A stretch of DNA of 64,000 nt. Origin: an uncultured delta proteobacterium (GTDB lineage Bacteria; Desulfobacterota; Syntrophia; Syntrophales; UBA5619). The translations under genes and the position numbers were made by a program. The DNA lies in assembly GCA_963817385.1 (NCBI GenBank), contig CAWFOM010000006.1:64001-128000 (forward strand), given 5' to 3'. The notes beneath the pieces were generated by a model. It had not been told where the DNA came from. It saw nothing but the letters and a program-made list of their open reading frames with translations, and did not search any database. Every line of letters starts with the position of its first letter. The first letter of the stretch is position 1. Positions 47,241 through 55,349 of the stretch are shown here, in pieces.

Positions 47241-48212
47241 ATGGGTTGCTTAAAATTGTTCATGATCTTGGCTTTGGCTTTTATGGTGGCTGGTACGCCC
47301 CACTTGGCGGCCGCGGGACCTTATCCCGAAAAACCCATCGAGTTTGTAACCCATAGCGCTCCGGGGGGCGGTTCGGACATTTTTGCCCGGCACATAGCGA
47401 ACCTGATGGAGAAGGAAAAGATTATCTCCGTTCCGCTGGTGGTGGTGAACAAATCGGGAGGAAGCGGCGCGGTCGGGGTGGCCTACGTAGCGCCCAAGAA
47501 GGGGGAAGCGTACACGATCTTCGCCACCTCGCCGGGTATCTACGCTACGCTCGTCAAGGGGGAGGTGAAGGCAAGCATCGAGGATTTCACCCCCATCTGC
47601 GCCCTGATTCAGGATCCCAACGTTCTTGTCGTTCGGGGGAACGCCCCGTACAAGAATGTGAAGGAGTTCATCGCGGAGGCGGGAAAGAAGCGAAAAGGAT
47701 TGAGTCTTGGGTTGTCCTCACTCGGGGGAGGTGACCATGCCATTGCCGTCAAGATGGGGGAGGCGAAAGGGGTGGAATTCAACATCGTCTCGTTCAAGCA
47801 AGGAACCGAGGCCATTATGGCCATCATGGGCGGACATGTCGATTTCGGTCTCAGCAGCCCCGGGGAGACGGCCGGTCAGATCGAATCCGGACAGCTCCGT
47901 GTTCTGGCCACGGCCACCGATAAACGCCTCCCCCAGATGCCGAAAGTCCCCACGCTGAAGGAGGAAGGGATAGATGTCTCCTATACATCGATCCGCGGGA
48001 TATTCGGGCCGAACGACATGCCCAAAGACGCGGTGAAGTACTGGGAATCCTCCTTCCGGAAGCTTACCCAGACCTCCTCCTGGAAACAGTATGTGGAAAA
48101 GGAGGTGGTGATGGATGCCTTTATGGACAGTGCGGAGTTCGGTAAGTTCCTGGATAAAGAGCTGCCCAGGCTGCGGGGGGATCTCGTCCGGTTCGGATTG
48201 GTCAAGAAGTGA
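47241..48212 (+). CDS. tctC: Tripartite tricarboxylate transporter substrate-binding protein (copy 2)
   Basis: Same motifs as copy 1; AAGGAGG RBS. Confidence 0.93.
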   Translation: MGCLKLFMILALAFMVAGTPHLAAAGPYPEKPIEFVTHSAPGGGSDIFARHIANLMEKEKIISVPLVVVNKSGGSGAVGVAYVAPKKGEAYTIFATSPGIYATLVKGEVKASIEDFTPICALIQDPNVLVVRGNAPYKNVKEFIAEAGKKRKGLSLGLSSLGGGDHAIAVKMGEAKGVEFNIVSFKQGTEAIMAIMGGHVDFGLSSPGETAGQIESGQLRVLATATDKRLPQMPKVPTLKEEGIDVSYTSIRGIFGPNDMPKDAVKYWESSFRKLTQTSSWKQYVEKEVVMDAFMDSAEFGKFLDKELPRLRGDLVRFGLVKK

Positions 48213-48218
48213 TGCCGA

Positions 48219-48261
48219 GCGAGGAGGAGGGGCGGATGATCGCCGGCCCTCCTTCCTCGCG
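48219..48261 (+). other. Stem-loop after tctC copy 2 (mRNA stabiliser or attenuator)
   Basis: gcgaggaggagggg...ccctccttcctcgc inverted repeat, no U-tract. Confidence 0.5.
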
Positions 48262-48328
48262 ACCATGACGGTGGATGGACGGTATAAGTTCTCCAACGGT
48301 TCGTTCAAACAAACAGAAAGGTAGGATC

Positions 48329-48787
48329 ATGAGAAGGTGTAATCAGGTGGCAGGCATCCTCCTCCTTGGTTTATCCGTCGCGGCGATTGTCGGATCCGGG
48401 GATCTCATCTACAAAGTGGAATTCAGCCCGGGCGCCGGGTTTTTCCCCTTCTGGCTCGGCGTATCCCTTCTGGTACTCTCCCTCATTCTCCTGATGAAGA
48501 ACACGATCTTCAAATCTCCTGCGAAGGAAGAGAACCCTCTGCCCGGAAGGGAGGCCTTACTGAGGATACTCTCCATTCTGGGGTCGCTGTTGGTCGGCAT
48601 TCTGTTGTTCGAGCGGATCGGGTTTTTGATCACGATGTTCTCCGTTGCCGCTTTTTTGCTGATCTTTCTGGAGAAGTACCGGTGGTACAGCGGCATCCTG
48701 ATATCCCTGGTGATGGTCTTTGCCGTTTATGGAATCTTTAAAATCTGGCTCAAGGTCCCCTTGCCCCTCGGGCTTTTCCACGGATAA
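48329..48787 (+). CDS. tctB: Tripartite tricarboxylate transporter small subunit
   Basis: Four TMs, PGAGFFP, LKVPLPLG. Confidence 0.9.
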   Translation: MRRCNQVAGILLLGLSVAAIVGSGDLIYKVEFSPGAGFFPFWLGVSLLVLSLILLMKNTIFKSPAKEENPLPGREALLRILSILGSLLVGILLFERIGFLITMFSVAAFLLIFLEKYRWYSGILISLVMVFAVYGIFKIWLKVPLPLGLFHG

Positions 48788-48802
48788 CGGGAGGATCGAT
48801 TT

Positions 48803-50290
48803 ATGGATGTTCTTCATTCCCTCACACTCGGATTTTCGGTTGCCCTCACCCCGACAAATATCTTCTATGCGTTCTTCGGTTGCCTTGTCGGAACGTTGAT
48901 CGGCGTTCTGCCCGGTATCGGCCCCCTCTGCACGATCGCCCTGATCCTCCCCACAACGTTCAGCATGAATCCCACCTCCGCCATGATCATGATGTGCGCC
49001 GTTTATTACGGCGCCCAGTACGGAGGCTCGACAACCTCGATCTTGATCAACGTCCCGGGGGAATCGGCGTCGGTCATGACCTGTATAGACGGATATCAGA
49101 TGGCGCGGAACGGACGCGCGGGAGTCGCCCTGGCCATATCGGGTATCTCGTCTTTTGTCTGCGGGACTTTGAGCGTCGTCGCGCTGATGCTCATGGCGCC
49201 ACCTCTGGCAAAGTTCGCCCTCTCGTTCGGCCCTCCGGAGTATTTCTCCCTCATGCTGATGGGACTCACGACGATCGTGTTCCTCGGCGGGCGATCGATC
49301 GTAAAGTCCATCGTAAGCATCATCCTGGGTCTTCTCCTTGGATTGATCGGCGTGGATCCCGTAGGCGGGGTGAACAGATTTACCTTAGGAAGTTTGGAGC
49401 TGATCGACGGCATCGACTTCATCGTCGTGGTCATGGGGATATTCGGGATCGGCGAGGTCCTGGTGAGCGCGGAAGAGCGGATGAAGATAAGCATCCTGAA
49501 GACGAAGATTTCCGGACTCATCCCTACACTGAAGGACATGAAAGACTCCATCGGCGCGATGATACGGGGATTCTTCATCGGGTTCATCATCGGCGTTCTT
49601 CCGGGAACCGGGGCCACGATAGCCTCGTTTTTGTCCTATGCGACGGAGAAGATGGTGTCCGGGCATCCCGAAGAATTCGGCAAAGGGGCGATCGCGGGGG
49701 TGGCGGGTCCGGAGGGGGCCAACAATGCGGCAGTAGCCGGGGCGATGGTTCCCCTTTTTACCCTGGGCATCCCCGGTTCCGGCACCGCCGCGGTGATGCT
49801 GGGCGCGATGATGATGTGGGGGCTGCGCCCGGGACCCTTGCTCTTCGTGCAGCATCCCGATTTCGTCTGGGGGATCATCGCCAGCATGTATATCGGGAAC
49901 GTCGTCCTGCTGATCCTGAACCTCCCCCTCGTCCCCCTGTTTGCGGCGATGCTCAGGGTTCCCTACGCCATCCTCTATCCGTTCATCCTCATCCTGTGCA
50001 CGACGGGCGTCTACAGTCTCGACGGCAGCATGTTTGAGGTCTATCTCATGTTCTTCTTCGGCGTGATCGGGTATTTCGTCAAGAAACTCGATTTTCCCCC
50101 TGCGCCCATTGTGCTGGCATTGATTCTGGGTCCGATGGTTGAAAGGGCCCTCTACCAATCCCTTACCATATCCCACGGAAGCTTCAGCATCCTGGTTACC
50201 CGTCCGTACTCGGCGGTATTTTTGGTCATGGTGTGCATTGTGCTCACGGTGCCGGTAATAAAATGGTGGAGACAAAAGAAGAAAGCGTGA
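48803..50290 (+). CDS. tctA: Tripartite tricarboxylate transporter large subunit
   Basis: GVLPGIG, YGAQYGGSTTSILINVPG, EGANNA, LGIPG, GLRPGP. Confidence 0.96.
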   Translation: MDVLHSLTLGFSVALTPTNIFYAFFGCLVGTLIGVLPGIGPLCTIALILPTTFSMNPTSAMIMMCAVYYGAQYGGSTTSILINVPGESASVMTCIDGYQMARNGRAGVALAISGISSFVCGTLSVVALMLMAPPLAKFALSFGPPEYFSLMLMGLTTIVFLGGRSIVKSIVSIILGLLLGLIGVDPVGGVNRFTLGSLELIDGIDFIVVVMGIFGIGEVLVSAEERMKISILKTKISGLIPTLKDMKDSIGAMIRGFFIGFIIGVLPGTGATIASFLSYATEKMVSGHPEEFGKGAIAGVAGPEGANNAAVAGAMVPLFTLGIPGSGTAAVMLGAMMMWGLRPGPLLFVQHPDFVWGIIASMYIGNVVLLILNLPLVPLFAAMLRVPYAILYPFILILCTTGVYSLDGSMFEVYLMFFFGVIGYFVKKLDFPPAPIVLALILGPMVERALYQSLTISHGSFSILVTRPYSAVFLVMVCIVLTVPVIKWWRQKKKA

Positions 50291-50336
50291 GGAAACTTCT
50301 ATTTTCTCATGACGCGGCAATACTGAAATTCATACG

Positions 50337-51738
50337 ATGAGGCCTGAAATGAGTGATCAAATGATGGAAGTACGCGTCCTGTCGGCAAGCGGAGTCTGCG
50401 GATCGGGATTCCAGGAGAGCTCTCTGGAGAGAAGCCTTGAAATGAAGCCCCACTTCATCGGATGTGATTGCGGCTCGACGGACCCGGGACCGGCGCCGCT
50501 CGGTTCCGGAAAGACCGCCTTCCCCCGACAGGCGATCAAGCGGGATCTTCGCCTGATGCTGAAGGCTGTTCGTCGTGCGAAGATTCCTCTGCTCTTGGGA
50601 TCCGCCGGGACGGCGGGCGGAGAGCCTCACCTTGCGCTGGTCGCGGAGATTGTCCGTGAGATCGCCGCCGAGGAGACACCTTTCATTCCCGGCGGCGCTG
50701 ATCCACTCCGAACAGGACAAGGCCTATCTCAAGAGGAGGCTCCGCGAGGGCAGGATCAGGCCGCTCAAACCGGCGCCCGACTTCGACGAAGCGGTGATCG
50801 ATCGTTCCGTGCGCATCGTGGGGATGATGGGGACAGATCCGTTTCTCAAGGCCCTCGATGGCGGCGCCGAGGTCGTCATTGCGGGTCGGGCGAGCGACTG
50901 CGCGATCTTTGCCGGCATCCCCATCCGGATGGGCGTCGCGCCGGGCATTGCCTGGCACGCTGCCAAGATCCTGGAATGCGGCGCCGCCGCCGCCGTCTCG
51001 CGGTCATCGCCGGATTGCATGTTCGCAACGCTCAGGAAGGACCATTTCGACGTGGAAACGCCGAATCCGGAGATGCGCTGCTCTCCGCAGAGCGTCGCGG
51101 CGCACAGCCTCTACGAGAACGGGGACCCCTACCGGCTGGTGGAATCGAGCGGGGTAATCGACCTGACCGAAGCGCAATATGAAGCCCTGGACAACCGCCG
51201 AGTTCGGGTTCGGGGAAGCCGATTCGAGGCCGCCGAGAAGTACACGGTTAAGCTCGAAGGCGCCGAGCAGGTCGGCTACCAGAGCATTGTCATCGGATCG
51301 ATCCGCGATCCGTACATCATCCGGCAGCTCGATTCCTGGGTGGAACGGCTCAAGCAGAGGGTGAAGGCGCGGGCGGCCGAGGTCTACGCGGGCGACAAAA
51401 CCGCCGGCGAGCACCTCTTCAACGTCCGCATCTACGGCAAGGACGGCACCATGGGTCCCCTCGAACCGGTCAAAGAGATCCGGTCGCACGAGGTTTGCCT
51501 GGTTATGGAGGTGACGGCGGCAACCCAGGAGATCGCGACCACCATCGTCTCGATGGCCCGGCACCAGGCCCTGCATCTGCCCATTCCGGAATGGAGCGGC
51601 TTGATCACGGGCGTGGCGTGCATATACAGCCCGGCCTATCTGGAGCGGGGTGCGGTCTACCGATTCTGCGTCAATCACGTGCTCGAACCGGACGATCCAT
51701 GCGAGATGTTCCCCATCGAATATGTAACCATCGGTTAA
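50337..51738 (+). CDS. AtuA/DUF1446-family protein, frameshift near 50685
   Basis: DCGSTDPGP, GSAGTAGG, VVIAGRASD, WHAAKILECGA, SVAAHSLYE, YTVKLEGA. Confidence 0.88.
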
Positions 51739-51751
51739 GGAGAAGGAGAAT

Positions 51752-52060
51752 ATGGCAAAACTCGGTGAACTGGCTCGCCTGATCCGCAGCAAGAACGCCG
51801 GACCGTTCGAACTGACCTTCGACATCATGTTCGACGACCAGGAGACCTTCCAGCGCGTAAAGGACAGCAATGCCCTCTCGCGGGCGGTCATTGGAGAGAT
51901 ATACCGTGTTCCGCTTCAGGACGTGAAGTTCTTCGTCGTCCCGCAGGCGCTGGCGTTCAAGGCCTCCATCCCGCGGCCGAGGTTCCAGGGCGATCTGCTG
52001 GACAGCGACGGGCACGGCGGCCAGCAGTATGCGCCTCTGATCGATATTGAAATTCCCTGA
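51752..52060 (+). CDS. DUF4387 domain protein
   Basis: IRSKNAGPFELTFDIMF ... DGHGGQQYAPL; RBS directly after the AtuA-like stop. Confidence 0.9.
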   Translation: MAKLGELARLIRSKNAGPFELTFDIMFDDQETFQRVKDSNALSRAVIGEIYRVPLQDVKFFVVPQALAFKASIPRPRFQGDLLDSDGHGGQQYAPLIDIEIP

Positions 52061-52229
52061 GAAGGCCGACCTGCCAGGGAAATTACGTGCCCGCTCGGGG
52101 AACCGGGCCGATGATGCGGTTTCAGGACAAGGCCCCTCTTTGCGGCCGCGGAGGTGTCGAGGGTGACGTCTTCCTCCGATGGCAGCATTGCCCTGCGGAG
52201 GGACATCAGCATGAAGGAGTGTTCATCTC

Positions 52230-53738
52230 ATGGAACTGCATGAGGTCAGAGTCTACCCTTCCAAGGCGACGCCGGCCAGGAGAGATCAACTGGCCTGGAA
52301 AATTGCGGAAGTCGCCGCGGACCCGGTAGCGGTTGAGCAAGACGTCGCCGAGATGGTGATCAACCGGATCATCGATGACGCAGCCGTGGCGATCGCGGCC
52401 ATCAACCGGGATCCGGTGGCTCACGCCCGGGCCCAGGCGCTGGCGCACCCGCGGAGCGACGGGGCAACGGTTTTCGGCCTCCCCTCCGGCCGCCGATTCG
52501 AAGCGGAGTGGGCGGGATGGGCCAATAACGTCGCGGTACGGGAGCTGGATTTTCACGATTCGCTCATGGCCGCCGATTACAGCCATCCCGGAGACACGAT
52601 TCCCCCGTTGATCGCCGTCGCTCAGCAGTGCGGACGATCGGGGCAGGATCTCATCCGGGCGATCGCCGCGGCCTACGAGATTCAAGTGGATCTGGTGAAG
52701 GCCATCGACCTTCACAGCTACGGGATAGATCACGTCGCCCACCTGGGGCCGGCCGTGGCGGCGGGACTGGGAGCCCTTTTGGCCCTTCCCCCGGAAGTGA
52801 TTTATCAGGCGGTGCAGCAGGCGGTGCATCTCTCCTTTTCCACCCGGCAGTCCCGGAAGGGCGAAATCTCAAGCTGGAAGGCCTATGCGCCCGCCCATAC
52901 CGGGAAGGTTGCGGTGGAGGCGATGGATCGGGCGATGCGGGGCGAAGGAAGCCCCTCGCCCATCTACGAAGGAGAGGACAGCGTCATCGCCTGGATGCTG
53001 GCGGGAAAGAACGCGGTATACCGGGTCCCCTTGCCGGCACCGGGCGAACCCAAGCGGGCGATTCTGGAGACCTATCCGAAGGAGCATTCCGTGGCCTTTC
53101 ACATCCAGGCACTGGTCGATCTCGCCTTCAAGGTGCGCGAACGGGTGCCCGACGTCGAGCAGATCGAGGCCGTCACGATTTACACCAAGCATCACAGTCA
53201 CCGGGTGACGGGGACGGGCTCCAACGATCCGCAGAAGATGGATCCCAACGCAAGCCGCGAGACGCTGGACCACAGCATCATGTTTGCCTTCGCCGTGGCG
53301 CTTCAGGACGGCCGGTGGCATCATGTCAGGAGCTACCTTCCCGAGCGCGTCAGACGTCCCGATACCGTCAGGCTCTGGCAAAAGATTAAAACGGTCGAAG
53401 ACGAGGAGTGGAATCGCCTCTACGATGAGCCGGATCCCCTGCACAAAGTCCATGGCGGCCGGGTGGAAATTCTTTTCCGCAGCGGAGAACGGCTCGTGGA
53501 TCAGATTCTCTTCCATAATGCACACCCTCTGGGAGCGAAACCCTTTGCCCGGCTCGATTATGTTGCGAAACTTGAACGGTTGGGCGAAGGGATCATCTCT
53601 CCCGAGGAGTGTGCGCGGTTCATTGACCTGCTCCGGCATCTGCCGCGACTGTCGCCACGGGAACTTTCGGGCCTCAATCTGGAGGTTGAGCCCGGCGGTC
53701 TTCAGTCTTCGGAGCGCAATACGGAGGGGATCTTTTAA
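52230..53738 (+). CDS. prpD: MmgE/PrpD-family dehydratase
   Basis: RELDFHD, YSHPGD, IDHVAH, RQSRKGEISSWK, SRETLDHS; substrate may differ from 2-methylcitrate. Confidence 0.85.
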   Translation: MELHEVRVYPSKATPARRDQLAWKIAEVAADPVAVEQDVAEMVINRIIDDAAVAIAAINRDPVAHARAQALAHPRSDGATVFGLPSGRRFEAEWAGWANNVAVRELDFHDSLMAADYSHPGDTIPPLIAVAQQCGRSGQDLIRAIAAAYEIQVDLVKAIDLHSYGIDHVAHLGPAVAAGLGALLALPPEVIYQAVQQAVHLSFSTRQSRKGEISSWKAYAPAHTGKVAVEAMDRAMRGEGSPSPIYEGEDSVIAWMLAGKNAVYRVPLPAPGEPKRAILETYPKEHSVAFHIQALVDLAFKVRERVPDVEQIEAVTIYTKHHSHRVTGTGSNDPQKMDPNASRETLDHSIMFAFAVALQDGRWHHVRSYLPERVRRPDTVRLWQKIKTVEDEEWNRLYDEPDPLHKVHGGRVEILFRSGERLVDQILFHNAHPLGAKPFARLDYVAKLERLGEGIISPEECARFIDLLRHLPRLSPRELSGLNLEVEPGGLQSSERNTEGIF

Positions 53739-53801
53739 TCCGAATAGCGTCGATGGGACCACGCCGCTCTTGTCTCACCTTCCCCCTGAGGGGTTCTCGC
53801 A

Positions 53802-55214
53802 ATGCCCGAGCATCGATTTCCCAAGGAAGAATATGACCTCGTCATCGCCGGGGCGGGGTGTGCAGGCCTGGCCTGCGCCATTGAAGCGGCGGATTTGGGA
53901 GGAGAGGTCGTTGTCCTCGAAAAGATGGCACGCCCGTCGGGTAATATTCTCTTTGCCGGCGGGGCCGTTTGTGCGGCGGGAACACGCTTCCAGCAGGCAC
54001 AGGGGATCACCGAAGAGATCGAACCGTTTTATGAAGATTTGATGGCCGTTTCCCAACAGCGGGGGGATCCGGATCTCCTGCGGGTATATGCCGAGAGATC
54101 CGGGGAGGCGATCCACTGGCTCTCGGATGCCGTGGGCGTCCAGTGGGCCCCGATCGCCGAGAGGCTTCCCCCGGCCAAATGCCGTGTGCATCAGATCAAA
54201 GGTCCTCTCCGTCCCGGCGGGGCTCAGCTCTTCCGGGATCTTCTCGCTGCCGCGGCGAAGCGCAACATCCCCCTGTTCTCCAAGGCGACGACCCAGAAAC
54301 TCCTCGCGGACGCCCAGGCCGGGATCTCCGGTGTGCGGGTCCTCGTTGGGGATGAGGTTATGGAGATCCGGGCCAAAGGGGGGGTGGTTCTTGCAACCGG
54401 GGGATTTCATGCAAATCGGGAAATGGTCGGAGAGTATATCGGACAGTGGGCTGCACGGATGCCGTTTCGAGGGTCGAGAATAAACACCGGCGAAAATATC
54501 ACCCTCGCCGAGCCCTTCGGGCCGAAACTCATAAACATGGACCAGTTCCACGGGGGACCGATCCATGGACCGACGCGGGCAAATCCCTCCGGTGCGGTGA
54601 ACTATGGAATCTGCGTCACTCCGGAGGGCAAGCGTTACGTCGACGAAGGCTGGACGTACGTGATGGTCGGCAGAGAGACGGCCAGGAAGATCCATGACAA
54701 CCGCGCGTTCATTATTCTCGACCAAGCGGCACGGGAGATCCCGCTCGTGGCTGATAGGTTTGAGAGGTACCGGAGGGCGGGAGCGCCCATTTATGAGGAT
54801 GAAGATATTGCGGGTCTGGCCCGAAAGGCGGGGATCGGCGTCGAGGGGTTGGTAAGGACGGTCAACGAGTATAACGAGGCCGTGCTGAACGGCAGGGCCG
54901 GTGCCCTGATCCCCCCCAATACGCTGGAAATCCCCTGCACCATCAGGGTTCCCCGGTTTTTTGCCATCCCTTTTCGGGGAGGAATGACGGCCACCTTCGG
55001 CGGTCCGTTGATCGATGTCCGGGCCCGGGTGGTGAACGAAGAGAATCGGGCGATCCCCGGCCTCTATGCGGCGGGGAACGCCGCGGGTGGCCTTTTTTAC
55101 GGGGATTACATCGTCGGCTCCCAGCTGGGAGCGGCGATTGTCTTCGGGCGGATCGCCGCGGCGGATGCCTGCAAACGGGCGGCAACGTTTGGTGAGCCAA
55201 GCGCGAATCGGTAG
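53802..55214 (+). CDS. FAD-dependent oxidoreductase, FAD_binding_2 family (TcuA-like)
   Basis: GAGCAG, LATGGF, GMTATFGG, GLYAAGNAAGGLFYGDY..VFGRIAA; no signal peptide or heme motifs. Confidence 0.88.
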   Translation: MPEHRFPKEEYDLVIAGAGCAGLACAIEAADLGGEVVVLEKMARPSGNILFAGGAVCAAGTRFQQAQGITEEIEPFYEDLMAVSQQRGDPDLLRVYAERSGEAIHWLSDAVGVQWAPIAERLPPAKCRVHQIKGPLRPGGAQLFRDLLAAAAKRNIPLFSKATTQKLLADAQAGISGVRVLVGDEVMEIRAKGGVVLATGGFHANREMVGEYIGQWAARMPFRGSRINTGENITLAEPFGPKLINMDQFHGGPIHGPTRANPSGAVNYGICVTPEGKRYVDEGWTYVMVGRETARKIHDNRAFIILDQAAREIPLVADRFERYRRAGAPIYEDEDIAGLARKAGIGVEGLVRTVNEYNEAVLNGRAGALIPPNTLEIPCTIRVPRFFAIPFRGGMTATFGGPLIDVRARVVNEENRAIPGLYAAGNAAGGLFYGDYIVGSQLGAAIVFGRIAAADACKRAATFGEPSANR

Positions 55215-55349
55215 CCGGTGAAGAACTTTTTTGCCCCCGGTTTCCCAGCAGCAGACTCGGTGCCGTTGCAGAGGGTGACCTCCTCCGGATCCGCTTCTCC
55301 GAGAAATACAGAGGCCGCCCGCGCCCCGCCGTTACAAAGCGGCGCGGAG

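Noticed and set aside
52111..52160. Possible SDR gene remnant (MMRFQDKAPLCGRGG) before prpD
   Set aside because: Too short and lacks a proper TGxxxGIG motif
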